Notes: generated from the letters alone by a model not told the origin. Counted from the stretch's first letter, positions 9,106 to 20,623 are shown. The stretch: 64,000 nt of DNA from Armatimonadota bacterium (GCA_963677485.1 OY781964.1:5120001-5184000), one strand, 5' to 3'. Numbers and translations are program-made.

Positions 9106-11586
9106 TTAGTTCATTGATATCATGGGTATGTCTTGCCCCACGCTATCTATGGGTTTGGTGAACACCACATGACCGTCGGCTCCCAGTTGGGCAACGATGG
9201 TGTCATTCTCACGGAACCGCCCCATCAACAGCTCTTCCGCCAAAGTATCTTCAATGTAACGCTGCACCGCACGTCGGAGTGGACGTGCACCGAATTGAGG
9301 ATCGAAACCCTCTTTGGCTAACATCTCGCGTACCTCTTGAGTGACTTCCAGGTTGATCCCCTGAGCACCCAACTGCTTGGTCACGCGATTCAGCAGCAGA
9401 TCAACTATCTGCACGATCTCCGGCAGACTTAAGGTGTGGAAGACAACCACTTCATCGATACGGTTGAGGAATTCGGGACGGAAGGTGCGTTTCAACTCCT
9501 CCATCACGCCATTCTTCATGTGCTCGTAGTCCTTCTCGTTCATGTTGCCATCTATCAAGCGCGAAGTATCGATGAAGCCCATAGACTTCTCACCGATGAT
9601 CTGACGGGCACCAAGGTTACTCGTCATGATGATGACGGTGTTCTTGAAGTCCACCACTCGGCCTTGTGAATCCGTCAGGCGTCCGTCTTCTATGATCTGC
9701 AGAAGTATGCTGAACACATCAGGATGCGCCTTTTCGATCTCATCGAGAAGGATGACACTGTACGGCTGCCGCCGTACGGCTTCTGTCAACTGCCCGCCGT
9801 CGTCATAACCCACATAACCTGGAGGGGCTCCTACCAGTCGGCTGACTGCAAACTTCTCCATGTATTCGCTCATGTCGATGCGGATCATGTTGTTTTCGTT
9901 GTCGAACAGGAACGAGGCCAGCACACGGGCTAGTTCAGTCTTACCGACACCTGTGGGGCCAAGGAACATGAAGCTGCCCATCGGTCGTTTGGGGTCTTTC
10001 ATACCGCTGCGTGCTCGTCTTACCGCTCTACTGACAGCGGCCACAGCCTCTGTCTGTCCGATGATGCGCTCGTGCAGGTTATCTTCCATGTGGATCAGCT
10101 TAGTGGCTTCTGTCTCTACCAAGCGAGAAACCGGAATGCCTGTCCAGCTCTGAACGATGTGCGCGACCTCATCTTCACCGACTATACGGCTCATGCTGAT
10201 TCGGGCGTCATCCCACTTGGTCTCTTCATCATTCAGTTCTACTTGAATCGCACTTTTTTGCGACATCAAAGCATGAACATTGGTGTAGTCACCTTCCGCG
10301 TGGGCCTCTTCAAGACGCTTCTCGATCTGAGCAAGCTGCAGTTTGGCCTCCCGCAGTGCTTTGGGCGGCAGAGTAAGTTGAAGCCGAACACGCGAACTCG
10401 CCTCATCAATCAAGTCAATCGCTTTGTCAGGCAGACAACGGTCTGGGATATACCGCTGGGACAAATTGACAGATGCCTTGATGGCATCATCCCGTATTTC
10501 TACGCCATGATGAGCCGCATACTTATCGCGGAGCCCCTTGAGTATCTCAATGGCTTCCTCTTCAGTCGGTTCATTAACCTTAACGGGCTGGAACCGGCGC
10601 TCCAAAGCAGCGTCTTTCTCGAAGTATTTCCGGAACTCATCTTGAGTGGTGGCACCAATGCACTGCATTTCACCGCGTGCCAGTGCGGGTTTCATGATGT
10701 TCGATGCATCAAGCGCACCCTCAGCACCACCCGCTCCGACGATCGTATGCAGCTCATCGATAAAAAGCACTATCTCGTGATTGGACTTGCGAACCTCTTC
10801 AATGACCTTCTTCATCCGTTCTTCGAACTCACCGCGGTATTTCGTACCCGCGACAAGGCTAGCTAGATCAAGGGCGATGATGCGAGTGTTACGAAGCTGT
10901 TCAGGTACATCACCCATGACGATCTTTTGAGCAAGTCCCTCGGCAATAGCCGTTTTACCAACGCCCGGCTGCCCCAGCAATACGGGGTTGTTTTTCGTTC
11001 GACGGGAGAGAATCTGAATCACGCGTTCGATTTCGCCGTGACGACCTACCACTGGGTCCAACTTATCCTCGCTGGCCATATCGTTAAGGTCGCGTCCGAA
11101 CTCATCAAGCGTCGGTGTTTTGGATTTCGGTTTGGCTCCTGGCTGCTTCGCATCCGCTTGTTGAGTGGCCACTACCTCTTTACGGGTTCGTTCCAACTCG
11201 GCACCCAAATGCTCAAGAACTCGGGCGGCTATGCCATCACCTTCACGGATCAAGGCAAGCAGGAGGTGCTCGGTTCCAATATATGTATAGTTAAGTTTAC
11301 GTGCTTCGTCATAAGCCAGATCAATCACACGCCTGGCGCGAGGACTGAGCTGTGTTTCCTGGGAGTAGCGATTTTCACCGCGCTGTACCAGCTTTTCCAC
11401 TTCAGCACGTACACGGGCTAACGGGATATCCATGCGGTCTAATATCCGGGCAGCGACGCTATCTGGCTCTTTAACAAGCCCTAATAACAGGTGCTCAGTG
11501 CCGACATAGCTCTCGCCCAAACGATTGGCCTCTTCTTGGGCGAAGTAGACGGCGCGACGTGCTCGTTCCGTAAATCTCTGCCACAT
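9106..11586 (-). CDS. clpC: ATP-dependent Clp protease ATPase ClpC
   Basis: [11 protein letters not shown] start, double Clp-N repeat, two AAA modules ([16 protein letters not shown]), short middle coiled coil, ClpP-docking MGF loop (KSMGF). Confidence 0.93.
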   Translation of the reverse strand: MWQRFTERARRAVYFAQEEANRLGESYVGTEHLLLGLVKEPDSVAARILDRMDIPLARVRAEVEKLVQRGENRYSQETQLSPRARRVIDLAYDEARKLNYTYIGTEHLLLALIREGDGIAARVLEHLGAELERTRKEVVATQQADAKQPGAKPKSKTPTLDEFGRDLNDMASEDKLDPVVGRHGEIERVIQILSRRTKNNPVLLGQPGVGKTAIAEGLAQKIVMGDVPEQLRNTRIIALDLASLVAGTKYRGEFEERMKKVIEEVRKSNHEIVLFIDELHTIVGAGGAEGALDASNIMKPALARGEMQCIGATTQDEFRKYFEKDAALERRFQPVKVNEPTEEEAIEILKGLRDKYAAHHGVEIRDDAIKASVNLSQRYIPDRCLPDKAIDLIDEASSRVRLQLTLPPKALREAKLQLAQIEKRLEEAHAEGDYTNVHALMSQKSAIQVELNDEETKWDDARISMSRIVGEDEVAHIVQSWTGIPVSRLVETEATKLIHMEDNLHERIIGQTEAVAAVSRAVRRARSGMKDPKRPMGSFMFLGPTGVGKTELARVLASFLFDNENNMIRIDMSEYMEKFAVSRLVGAPPGYVGYDDGGQLTEAVRRQPYSVILLDEIEKAHPDVFSILLQIIEDGRLTDSQGRVVDFKNTVIIMTSNLGARQIIGEKSMGFIDTSRLIDGNMNEKDYEHMKNGVMEELKRTFRPEFLNRIDEVVVFHTLSLPEIVQIVDLLLNRVTKQLGAQGINLEVTQEVREMLAKEGFDPQFGARPLRRAVQRYIEDTLAEELLMGRFRENDTIVAQLGADGHVVFTKPIDSVGQDIPMISMN

Positions 11587-11664
11587 ATGTTGGCCTCCTT
11601 CTTGCGGGCAAAAACGAGTTTCGCCCTTCTATTTAAGGGTACCCCGATGTCTGTTAGTTGTGCA

Positions 11665-11688
11665 AGCAGGCACCGAAAGGTGCCTGCT
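11665..11688. terminator. Hairpin after ilvE
   Basis: agcaggcacc-gaaa-ggtgcctgct, perfect 10-bp stem with weak U tail. Confidence 0.6.
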
Positions 11689-11722
11689 CACTTATTTTCG
11701 ATTTCTATATATAAGACGCCAT

Positions 11723-12592
11723 TCAAGCACTTGGAGATACGGTGTGCTCCCTAAATGCCTGGATGAGTTTACATGTCATCTCACCTGGCTTGCCATCGCC
11801 AATCAGACGTTCGTCCACTTCTACAAGCGGAATCACCTCTGCGGCTGTGCCTGTCAGGAAAGATTCATCACAGGTATAGACATCGTATAGCGTCATCATC
11901 TGCTCTTTTACAGTGATTCCCATTTGCTTAGCAAGCATCATGACCGTCGCACGGGTGATACCTGCAAGTATCCCTGCAGACTCTGGCGGGGTGAGCAGTT
12001 CACCAGCTTTGACGATGAAGATATTGTCGCCAGTCGCCTCGGCCACATATCCTTCCACGTTCAGCATGATGCCTTCGCCCGCTCCCACGCGGTTAGCTTC
12101 CATTTTGGCTTGTATGTTGCCAACATAACGGCCTAGCGATTTAATGCGAGGCTCTACGCACTGCGACGGGATCACCCGAGTACTACATGTGACGGCATTT
12201 AAGCCTGTCTCGTATGCGGACTCAGGATACAATGCCAGCGTGGCAGTCGAGATCACCATTGTGGGCTCAGTTTTCAGTTTCTTTGGGTCCAAACCAAGTG
12301 ATATACCACGCGACATCGAGACCCTAATATAGCAGTCTTGCTCATTATTGACCTTGACAAGGTTGTTGATTCGGTCAATGATCTCCTGCTCCGAATATGG
12401 TAAGGGGATGTGAAGAGATACAGCACTTCTAAATAGTCTGGCGACATGCTGGTTGAGTTTAAAGACCCTCCCACCATACGCTCGAATACCCTCAAAAGCA
12501 CCATCTCCGTACATGAAACCATGGTCGTAGATGTTTAGCGAAGCTTGTTCTTCGGGCACTAGTTGCCCGTTCAAATTTACGTATTGTCCCAT
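11723..12592 (-). CDS. ilvE: Branched-chain amino acid aminotransferase (class IV PLP)
   Basis: DHGFMYGDGAFEGIRAY, RIKSL (PLP Lys), EATGDNIF, ILAGITR, FLTGTAAEV; start set at ATG 12592 behind GGAGG. Confidence 0.92.
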   Translation of the reverse strand: MGQYVNLNGQLVPEEQASLNIYDHGFMYGDGAFEGIRAYGGRVFKLNQHVARLFRSAVSLHIPLPYSEQEIIDRINNLVKVNNEQDCYIRVSMSRGISLGLDPKKLKTEPTMVISTATLALYPESAYETGLNAVTCSTRVIPSQCVEPRIKSLGRYVGNIQAKMEANRVGAGEGIMLNVEGYVAEATGDNIFIVKAGELLTPPESAGILAGITRATVMMLAKQMGITVKEQMMTLYDVYTCDESFLTGTAAEVIPLVEVDERLIGDGKPGEMTCKLIQAFREHTVSPSA

Positions 12593-12760
12593 AACACTAG
12601 CCTCCATTCAGGTGCGTTATCTTCGTTTAGTATAGCACTCAAGCCGCACTATCTGCCAGTAAAGCGTTCACCACTTAACGTTTGCAAAGCAAAGTTTTTG
12701 TAGTCTGACTATACTCATCCTTGACACGAATGTAGGACTATTATGAAGTGTGTAAAATGG

Positions 12761-12789
12761 AGAACACCCCTCGGTCAGAGGGGTGTTCT
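12761..12789. terminator. Hairpin terminator downstream of the LolA-like gene
   Basis: agaacacccctc-ggtca-gaggggtgttct, 12-bp stem. Confidence 0.65.
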
Positions 12790-12828
12790 TTCATGGGTGC
12801 AGATAGTCTGCTGAGCTCAGGCAGCCAA

Positions 12829-13542
12829 CTATAAATCAAATACCGATTCTTCGATGCCGGTATTAAGTTTGTAGTCTTTATAGGTTGTTGTGCCGCCCAG
12901 TTTGTTGTCTCGGTTGATGGCTTCCGACAAACTCGGTACCCATACGCCCTTCTCAAGCTCCACTGCGTTCTTATAGGTGAATATCCCGCGGATCTTCCCA
13001 TCGCCTTCATACTGAATACGCTTCGTGATCATCTTCCGGTCCACATCGATGTAGAGCCGGTTGCGGCGGGAGTCATTTGAGTTCACCCAGTACATGTCCC
13101 ACACATCAACACCCCCCTCCTTCGTCACATACTCAAATCGAGCTAGTTTCATAAACGACGGAGTGAGAATGCCAAGGTCAAACATGCAGTTTCGCTTACC
13201 AGGGCTTTTACCGATATCTTCACGGTCCTTGATCACACCGGCACGAGCCAGCCGTTGATTTCCATTCACGATGTAGCTCACAGACACAAATCCCACTTTG
13301 GAGCTGATCCGCATCTTTAGCGGTTCTTTGTATTGAGCCTGCAGGTTTTGGATGCGGTATGCGTTGGCAAAGTCGCGACTGATCTTTTCAAGTTCACGCC
13401 GATTTCCGGTGTTTTGTACCATCGTTAAACTTAAGTCGTGAAGTTTGTATTGAACAGCTTCTTTGATATCTGGTGCCGACATTGCTATTAACGAACTGGT
13501 AACCAATGCTCCCGCTAACAGTACTGACACTATCTTGTTCAT
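12829..13542 (-). CDS. Secreted LolA-like (outer membrane lipoprotein-sorting) protein
   Basis: Signal peptide; C-terminal RLYID.....KR..Y...GK and YKDYKLNTGIEESVF pattern typical of LolA-like folds. Confidence 0.65.
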   Translation of the reverse strand: MNKIVSVLLAGALVTSSLIAMSAPDIKEAVQYKLHDLSLTMVQNTGNRRELEKISRDFANAYRIQNLQAQYKEPLKMRISSKVGFVSVSYIVNGNQRLARAGVIKDREDIGKSPGKRNCMFDLGILTPSFMKLARFEYVTKEGGVDVWDMYWVNSNDSRRNRLYIDVDRKMITKRIQYEGDGKIRGIFTYKNAVELEKGVWVPSLSEAINRDNKLGGTTTYKDYKLNTGIEESVFDL

Positions 13543-13633
13543 GAGTATACCCCCGGTTATCGCAATATAACCCTCACCTTTTTAGATGCAGGTGAGGGCC
13601 ATTTGGTTACTATCGAACTCGTTTCTGGCATGT

Positions 13634-14491
13634 CTACTGATATAACGAATCAAGTGATGCCATTTCGCGAAGCTTCATAACACGCTGTTTTGTGGAAGGA
13701 TGAGTGCGGAATAGTCCAGCAAATCCCTCCGCCTTCAGCGGATTCATGATGAACATGTGCGCGGTGGCCGGATCACCGAAACCAACAGGCTGTCGCTGAG
13801 ATACCTGCTCGATCTTCACCAGCGCGTTAGCTAAACCCATCGGGTCACCTGCCAGTTTCGCACCGGTCTCATCAGCATAGAACTCACGTTGCCGACTAAT
13901 GGCCAGTTGGACCATCGTAGCGGCGATTGGTGCCACAATGATGGCAAACAACAGACCTAACGGGTTGTTGTCACGGTCACGCCCCACCCCACCGAAAATG
14001 GCTGCCCAGCGCGCCATATGTGCGATCATCATGATAGCAGAGGCCATACTGGCTACTACCGTCATCAGCAATGTATCGCGGTTGCGGATGTGAGCTAGTT
14101 CGTGAGCGATGACTCCCTCCACTTCGCGGCTGTCACAGACCTGCAGCAACCCCTGGGTCACCGCCACAGCAGCGTATTGCGGGCTCCGGCCTGTTGCGAA
14201 CGCATTCGGCTGCTGCTCCGGCAGAATGTAAAGTTTGGGCATCGGGATGTCTGCCCGTGAGCAGAGCATCTCAACCTTCTGGTAAAGGTCGGGGGCATCA
14301 GACTGACTGATAGGCTTCGCACCGTACATGCTCAGCACGATCTTGTCGCTATAGTAGTAACTTACCCAGTTTATCACCAGGCTGATGGTCAGCATGATGA
14401 AGAGGCCTCTATGTCCACCAAACACATTGCCTATCGAAAGCAATATGCCCGTCATCACAACCATAAGCAGGCCAACTTGCAGAGTTTTCAA
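13634..14491 (-). CDS. htpX: Zinc metalloprotease HtpX (M48)
   Basis: QPNAFATGR, GVIAHELAH, ISRQREFYAD, FRTHPST. Confidence 0.95.
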   Translation of the reverse strand: MKTLQVGLLMVVMTGILLSIGNVFGGHRGLFIMLTISLVINWVSYYYSDKIVLSMYGAKPISQSDAPDLYQKVEMLCSRADIPMPKLYILPEQQPNAFATGRSPQYAAVAVTQGLLQVCDSREVEGVIAHELAHIRNRDTLLMTVVASMASAIMMIAHMARWAAIFGGVGRDRDNNPLGLLFAIIVAPIAATMVQLAISRQREFYADETGAKLAGDPMGLANALVKIEQVSQRQPVGFGDPATAHMFIMNPLKAEGFAGLFRTHPSTKQRVMKLREMASLDSLYQ

Positions 14492-14532
14492 CTCGGGGCT
14501 CCTTTCATTACGACTGGAGACTGTCTTCTATA

Positions 14533-14829
14533 TTACATACTGTCCGAAAAGGGATCTGTGTTGCCATCCGCATCAAAAAGCGGTTGTTCCTGTGCCAAAG
14601 GCTCCTCGGTCTCTCTCAATGCTTCAAGAGCCTTAGCCAAATCACCCTCAGCACCCTTCAACTTCGCCTTGCAATATGCGATCAAAACAGCACCACGTTT
14701 CACCCTGGTGGCCAGTTGGTCGACATCCACTTCGGAGCCCTCAATATCCTTCACGATCTGCTCAAGCTCCGCATATGCCTCCGCGTAACTCAATTCCGCT
14801 TCTGGTACCGTATCAGTTTTCTTTCGCAT
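14533..14829 (-). CDS. xseB: Exodeoxyribonuclease VII small subunit
   Basis: SYAEAYAELEQIVKDIE...VKRGAVLIAYCKAKL; overlaps end of xseA. Confidence 0.88.
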   Translation of the reverse strand: MRKKTDTVPEAELSYAEAYAELEQIVKDIEGSEVDVDQLATRVKRGAVLIAYCKAKLKGAEGDLAKALEALRETEEPLAQEQPLFDADGNTDPFSDSM

Positions 14830-16159
14830 TTCTTTCCACTTTCTGCGGTGACTCTGTCACACTGCATAGTTCGCCAACAGCAAGTACCGTCCTCAAGGTG
14901 GTGCCAGCTACCACTTGCTCTGCTTGTTTTACAACAACACCATTAGCATAGGTGATGCTAAAACCCCGCTTGAGAATATTGACAGGATCAGCTATTCTCA
15001 AGGTCGTATCCCACTGGGCGATCTGCTGTTTTTGCTGCTTCAACTCGGTGATACTGTTATTTCCCAATGCCGTGCTTAGGGTTCGCAGATGGTAATGATG
15101 ATCACGCAACTTACCTTCACTCGCACGCCGAAGCTCCGATGCATCCCTTGAGAGCATGTGGCCTTTATGAACCAGCATATTTTGGGATGAGTTGACGATA
15201 CGCTGGGCACATACCCCAAGACGATCGTGTTCACTTTCCATTCTGGCGCAGCTAATTCGTTCTAGCCTGTCCGCAACCCCAAGCAACCCGTCGATGAACA
15301 ACTCGGCCCTGCGCACAATGATATCTGCGGCATCAGTTGGTGTCTTAGCCCGCTGGGCCGCTACCAAGTCAAGCACGGTGTTGTCACGTTCATGCCCTAT
15401 GCCGCTAATGACTGGTATACGGCAGCAAGCGACCATTCGGGCAAGAAGCTCATCATCAAACCCGCTCAGATCTGAGACAGCACCTCCCCCACGCACGATG
15501 ACTAAACAGTCAAATTCATCGAAACGGTGCTGCAGTGCGCGAAACGCAGACTCAAATGAAGGGCGTACATCAGCTCCCTGTAAGGCGACTGGGAACAACT
15601 CGACAGTAAACCACGCATGAATCATGCGTTGTTTGAGATGCTTGATGAAGTCTTGATATCCTGCGGCTTGCTCTGAAGAAAAAACTGCGACGCGATGAAA
15701 GACCAGCGGAGCCTCCACCTGGCGGTTTCTATCCAGCAGATCACCCTCTCGCAGGCGTTCAATCACTTCTTGCCGACGCCGGGCAATTTCGCCCATGCTG
15801 TAAGTGGGGTCAATTTGCAGAATTGACAGAGAAAATCCATACTTTTCATGGAATGTCGGGCGAGCCAGCATTAAGATACTCATGCCGGAGCTTAGTGGCT
15901 GCCCAGTGATTTGCTCAAAGGGTGTGATCACCGAAGCTACCTGAGATGACCATATGCTGGCCGAACACTTAGCTGGCTGATCAGTATCTTTCTTCGCGTC
16001 AACCAACTGCAGGTAGTAATGCCCCCTGCGTTCTTGAATCTGACTAATCTCAGCCCTTACCCACAATGCCTCAGGGAAACCATCACGAATGGTCTTTTTG
16101 ACAAGTGCCAGACACTCTTCGAGACCGATCCCTATAGATTCCATATCATCCTTGTCCAT
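14813..16159 (-). CDS. xseA: Exodeoxyribonuclease VII large subunit
   Basis: WVRAEIS, GHYYLQL OB-fold, IVRGGG, ISGIGHERD, KTPTDAA, ILKRGFS. Confidence 0.93.
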   Translation of the reverse strand: MDKDDMESIGIGLEECLALVKKTIRDGFPEALWVRAEISQIQERRGHYYLQLVDAKKDTDQPAKCSASIWSSQVASVITPFEQITGQPLSSGMSILMLARPTFHEKYGFSLSILQIDPTYSMGEIARRRQEVIERLREGDLLDRNRQVEAPLVFHRVAVFSSEQAAGYQDFIKHLKQRMIHAWFTVELFPVALQGADVRPSFESAFRALQHRFDEFDCLVIVRGGGAVSDLSGFDDELLARMVACCRIPVISGIGHERDNTVLDLVAAQRAKTPTDAADIIVRRAELFIDGLLGVADRLERISCARMESEHDRLGVCAQRIVNSSQNMLVHKGHMLSRDASELRRASEGKLRDHHYHLRTLSTALGNNSITELKQQKQQIAQWDTTLRIADPVNILKRGFSITYANGVVVKQAEQVVAGTTLRTVLAVGELCSVTESPQKVERNAKEN

Positions 16160-16240
16160 GTATCACCTTACGAATCTCAACGCGCCCTATCGGCTTAGTA
16201 TACCAATAGGACGCGGGTGACATGCTGATCGAATAAGAGG

Positions 16241-16756
16241 TTAGCGAACCACTTCCCGCTTGACTTCCTCATCACCAAGGTCGATGAACTCGTCGGCCTG
16301 GCGTCGCAACTCATCGGCGATCATCGGAGATGCTGTCTTCAAGGTGCTTACAACAGCCACTCGAACACCCTTCATCTGGACAGCTTCAACCAGTCTTCGG
16401 AAGTCGCCATCACCGCTAAACAACACAACACGATCTACATTATCTGAAATGAGAAGCATGTCGATTGCCAGTTCGATATCCATATTACCTTTGGTTTCGT
16501 ATTGAACCGTGGTAGGATTGTAATATCTTTTCTGCGGCTTAGTCACAACCGAATAGCCGTTGTACTGCAAGTAGTCGAGGAAACTCAGCATCGGATCGAA
16601 TTCGCCTTCACGCCGTGATGCGTAGTAAAATGCACGCAACAGTCGGCCGGTGCGAGTAAAATAGCGAAGCAGCTTTCCAAAGTCAACATCCCAACCCAAC
16701 TGTTGCATAGTATATGTCAGGTTCGGCCCGTCAATAAATAGCGCGATCTTTTCCAT
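16241..16756 (-). CDS. NYN domain (LabA/DUF88) PIN-like nuclease
   Basis: FIDGPNL, KGNMDIELAID, FSGDGDF, ADELRRQADEFIDL. Confidence 0.9.
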   Translation of the reverse strand: MEKIALFIDGPNLTYTMQQLGWDVDFGKLLRYFTRTGRLLRAFYYASRREGEFDPMLSFLDYLQYNGYSVVTKPQKRYYNPTTVQYETKGNMDIELAIDMLLISDNVDRVVLFSGDGDFRRLVEAVQMKGVRVAVVSTLKTASPMIADELRRQADEFIDLGDEEVKREVVR

Positions 16757-16835
16757 GGCTTAATGCCCTGCCTTTCGTTTAGTCGGATCGCCTTAGCACC
16801 AATCCCACATTAGGTCCCAAGGTTATGACATGCGG

Positions 16836-17579
16836 TTAGCGAGTTACTGTGTAGTCTTCATCTATCGGCAACGACGCGAGAACATCCTTGGCATTGAGCC
16901 TATCGTGTACAGGTTCGTCGCTGATAATCTTACCATCTCGAAAAACAACTCTCCTTTTTGCATGCATGGAAATATCCATATCGTGTGTCACCAGCACGAT
17001 TGTTTTCCCTGCGTCATTTAACTCTTGAAATAACTGCATAATTTCTTCACCGTTACGGCTGTCCAGGTTGCCTGTCGGCTCATCAGCCAAAATGACAGGA
17101 GGGTCGTTGACCAGTGCACGTGCTATGGCAACTCTTTGTTGTTGCCCACCAGACAGCTCATTTGAGTGATGATCTTTCCGGTCAAGCAACCCTACTTTGG
17201 CCAAGGCACTCAAAGCACTTTGATGCCTCTGTTTGCTTTTTGGATCGTACATCAACGGCAACTCAACATTTTTTAATGCCGTTGTTCGTGGTAAAAGGCT
17301 AAATTGTTGAAATACGAAACCCAGAGTTCGGTTTCGCAGACTGGCTAGTTCGTCATCATTCAGCGTACTGATGTCAATTCCATCCAGTTGGTAATCGCCC
17401 TGGTCTGGTGTATCAAGACATCCCACCATATTCATGAAAGTCGATTTACCTGAACCTGATGGACCCATAATGGCCAGGAATTCCCCTTTATCTACCTGCA
17501 GCGACACTCCCCGTAAAGCGTGGACTGTCGTATCGCCCATCTGGTAGGTTTTGTGAACCCCTTTCATTTCAACTAGCAT
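16836..17579 (-). CDS. ABC transporter ATP-binding protein, LolD/MacB-like
   Basis: [39 protein letters not shown]. Confidence 0.93.
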   Translation of the reverse strand: MLVEMKGVHKTYQMGDTTVHALRGVSLQVDKGEFLAIMGPSGSGKSTFMNMVGCLDTPDQGDYQLDGIDISTLNDDELASLRNRTLGFVFQQFSLLPRTTALKNVELPLMYDPKSKQRHQSALSALAKVGLLDRKDHHSNELSGGQQQRVAIARALVNDPPVILADEPTGNLDSRNGEEIMQLFQELNDAGKTIVLVTHDMDISMHAKRRVVFRDGKIISDEPVHDRLNAKDVLASLPIDEDYTVTR

Positions 17580-18771
17580 TCCGCTTCATCTCCACTTCGT
17601 TAATTAACTGTTTCACAGGAGCGATCAATTTCTGGTATTCCACAAGGAATGCATCATGGCCATATGCGGAATCGACTTCAACATAGGTTACATCTCTCCC
17701 TTGTTTCTTAAGTATGTCATGAACTTCCATCATACTGTACGGGGGAAATAGGTAATCTGAACGAATTGCTAATAATAAAACCTTCGATTTGATCTGCGAC
17801 AAGGCTTCTTCCATACTGGTATAGCCTCTGCTTATGTCATGCAGGTCGCAAGCTTTAGTTAGGTACAAGTAACTATTGGGGTCAAAATCCCGCTTAAGTA
17901 GCTTGTCGCCCTCTTCATGCAGGTAGCGTTCCACGTCAAATCGCGCGTGAAGGTCGTATTCTAACGCCGATTCCTGGCTTGCCCGTTTGCGTCCGAATAC
18001 ACTCTGCATGATCTCGTCAGATAGATAGGTAATGGTGCCTATCATTCTAGCAAGCGCCATTCCACCTGTTGGCGTGCTCTTATCCCGCCAGTACTCGCCG
18101 CGTTTCCAGGCAGGGTCTAGCATAATGGCCCGCCGCATCACTTCGTCATATGCGATGGCCTGGGCCGATAACCGTGCACTAGATGCAACAGGACAGACAG
18201 CCTCTACAATGTCGGGATACATCACAGCCCATTCATATGCCTGCATACCACCCATACTGCCGCCAGTCACCAAAGCCAGCTTCTTGACACACAGATGATC
18301 AAGCAGCACCTTCTGGCTGCGAACCATATCACGAATGGTCACTATCGGGAAGCTCATGCCGTACGGCTCCCCTGTTTCAGGACAGATCGATGCAGGCCCG
18401 GTGCTGCCCCGGCAACTCCCTAATACATTAGGTGCCACCACGAAATAGCGATCGGTATCGATCACCTTACCTGGGCCGATCATTCCATCCCAATAACCTA
18501 CGGTTTTGTTGTATGGAGCATACTTGCCTGCAGCGTGTGAACTACCGGTAAGCCCATGGAGAACGAGAATGGCGTTATCACCCTTCTCGTTAAGAGTTCC
18601 GTATGTTTCGTATGCGACATCAATATGACTGATAGTTTGGCCGTTTTCAAATACAAACGGATTTTCCGGACTACCGTACGAAAAAACTTGTTTTGCGATA
18701 TCTTGACCAACATTGGCGACATTCGCGTCATTCTGTACTTCTACAAGATACGAAGCTGACTCTGTGCTCAA
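17569..18771 (-). CDS. metX: Homoserine O-acetyltransferase (MetX family)
   Basis: [24 protein letters not shown] nucleophile, SDYLFP, YGHDAFL. Confidence 0.92.
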   Translation of the reverse strand: MSTESASYLVEVQNDANVANVGQDIAKQVFSYGSPENPFVFENGQTISHIDVAYETYGTLNEKGDNAILVLHGLTGSSHAAGKYAPYNKTVGYWDGMIGPGKVIDTDRYFVVAPNVLGSCRGSTGPASICPETGEPYGMSFPIVTIRDMVRSQKVLLDHLCVKKLALVTGGSMGGMQAYEWAVMYPDIVEAVCPVASSARLSAQAIAYDEVMRRAIMLDPAWKRGEYWRDKSTPTGGMALARMIGTITYLSDEIMQSVFGRKRASQESALEYDLHARFDVERYLHEEGDKLLKRDFDPNSYLYLTKACDLHDISRGYTSMEEALSQIKSKVLLLAIRSDYLFPPYSMMEVHDILKKQGRDVTYVEVDSAYGHDAFLVEYQKLIAPVKQLINEVEMKRNAS

Positions 18772-19046
18772 TTAATAACCCACTCCTGCGCACCATCAAA
18801 TCCCAAAGCGTTCACATCAACTCCAGAATTACGAAGGTAGTCTAGTGCTCTAAACAAGTTTTCCTGTAAGCCCTCAAGCTCCATAAATACATAGCCGCCG
18901 GACTTAGGATCAATATTCGCTTTTCGGATATTCGGTATTAGGTCATAGTCCTTCACAAGATGGTATACGATAGGTTCGGTCACCATTTGTAAGGGAAACT
19001 GTAACTGTATGCGTATTTTGACGCGAGGGCCGGACTGATCCTCCAT
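18768..19046 (-). CDS. Stand-alone NIL domain protein
   Basis: LQFP...TEPIVYHLVKDYDLIPNIRKANI...GYVFMELEG...ALDYL...GVDV; TTGA overlap with the metX start. Confidence 0.85.
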   Translation of the reverse strand: MEDQSGPRVKIRIQLQFPLQMVTEPIVYHLVKDYDLIPNIRKANIDPKSGGYVFMELEGLQENLFRALDYLRNSGVDVNALGFDGAQEWVIN

Positions 19047-19684
19047 GAAGGGTGCTCCTAATCCTCATTTATACCAATATTATATGGTATTTTATAAAGC
19101 TTTCTTAATTATACAGAATTTCCATCAATGCCACATCGAAATGTACATTATATTTTACAGACGTGTGATATTTATATGGATAACACGCTATTTTCACGCT
19201 TGATGATAGCATAAATATCTTTTATACCATTGCTGTCCGCTCCATCGTAGTGCAGTCTGGTATTCGTTATCATACCGTTGAACATGCCACACAACACCAA
19301 CCACGGTCTGTCACGTGCATAACAATTATTCAGTATCAGTACAATTTGACGACATCTAGACCACGGTGTTACGCTTTACCTTATACCCGTTTGTGTCGAA
19401 CTCACCTCATTATATGTACAGAATATATAAGTTTCGGTGGCACATAATCAAGCACTCCGTTAGAATAGACTTGATAATGTATAGATTTAGCCCAGCAATG
19501 GTAACACGCATCTATGCACAAACTAATCTGTAACATAATCAGATCAATCACCCGTATAGGGATTGTAGCGGCTCTCAGCTTTACGGCCACCATGGTTTCT
19601 CAATGCTAGAAAGACATGCAAGCTGCTGCTCAATCACACGATGTTGTTATGTAGACTACGGTTCCAGGAGGGTCTCAGAAAGCC

Positions 19685-20623
19685 ATGCAAACCCGACGGT
19701 TGCGCTATTATCTTGTTTTCGCCACGTTGTTCCTATTCACAATGGCCACTCACGCCCAGTCACAAAGCTATGCGCTAAAGACAGATGACATCATCATGAT
19801 CAACATCATAGAGGATTCTAACCTGTCTCGCGAAACGGCGGTGTCGATGGACGGAACCATCAACATGCCAGTAATCGGTTCTATCCAGGTCGCGGGTATG
19901 ACTCTTGCTCAGGTAGCAGAAGAGGTGCGTAAAGCTCTGGTAGACGCGCAGTACTTGAAGAACCCTCATGTAGGCGTAGTGCTGCGACAGCTGAATAAAC
20001 CTCGCGTCAGCGTGCTCGGCATGGTCATGAGACCTGGTTCGTTTGAGTTCAAGCCAGGCGAAACCATTATGCATGCTGTATCAATGGCAGGTAGCTTTGA
20101 TGTAGAACGAGCAGGCCTGCAAAATGCTGTTCTACGCCGTAAAGGTAAAGATGGCACGACAGAAGTGATCAAGATCGACCTAAATGCTCTCTTCGTGAAT
20201 GGTGACATGACCCAGAACTATGAGTTGATGCCGGAAGATATCATCTTCATCCCTGAAGATACGCAGAATAAAATCTACGTTTTGGGAAAAGTGATGCGCC
20301 CCGGCGTGTATGTTTGGAAAAGCAATATGACTATTCTGAATGCTCTGAACCAGGCCGGCGGTCAAAGAGATGAAGGTACCCTGAGCAAAGTCTATGTCAT
20401 CCGCCCTGATAAAGCCAATCCTGAGAAGCCAAACCGCATTGAGGTCAACCTTCTTAAGCTGATAGATAAAGGTGATTCCACACAGGACATCAAACTTGTG
20501 GCTGGAGACACCCTATACATACCCAAGGTTAACAGGCCTAACTGGAATGAAATCTACCAGACGCTGGCTACTGTAGCTATTGCTAGAAACACGTTCCTTA
20601 ACAAAGACTTCTACAAATATTAA
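19685..20623 (+). CDS. Polysaccharide export protein (Wza-like, Poly_export + SLBB repeats)
   Basis: Signal peptide, DGTINMPVIGSIQVAGMT, YLKNPHV, VSVLGMVMRPG and IYVLGKVMRPG SLBB starts. Confidence 0.85.
   Translation: MQTRRLRYYLVFATLFLFTMATHAQSQSYALKTDDIIMINIIEDSNLSRETAVSMDGTINMPVIGSIQVAGMTLAQVAEEVRKALVDAQYLKNPHVGVVLRQLNKPRVSVLGMVMRPGSFEFKPGETIMHAVSMAGSFDVERAGLQNAVLRRKGKDGTTEVIKIDLNALFVNGDMTQNYELMPEDIIFIPEDTQNKIYVLGKVMRPGVYVWKSNMTILNALNQAGGQRDEGTLSKVYVIRPDKANPEKPNRIEVNLLKLIDKGDSTQDIKLVAGDTLYIPKVNRPNWNEIYQTLATVAIARNTFLNKDFYKY

Noticed and set aside
9133-11421. Several plus-strand ORFs up to 264 aa (and similar ones over clpB, 28062-30444)
   Set aside because: Antisense shadows of conserved Clp ATPase genes
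12644-12810. Long-range pairing actatctgc / gcagatagt suggesting a 6S-like RNA
   Set aside because: Only about 9 bp, the interior does not pair convincingly, and the strong hairpin inside is explained as a terminator
13550-13612. ECF-like promoter GTAACC-N15-GCATCT upstream of the LolA-like gene
   Set aside because: Overlaps a hairpin that may be the htpX terminator; a single instance cannot be supported
19047-19400. SAM riboswitch or T-box upstream of the NIL-metX operon
   Set aside because: No SAM-I core (ATC..GAG, GGCAACC, GGTGC) or T-box motif found by eye on the minus strand
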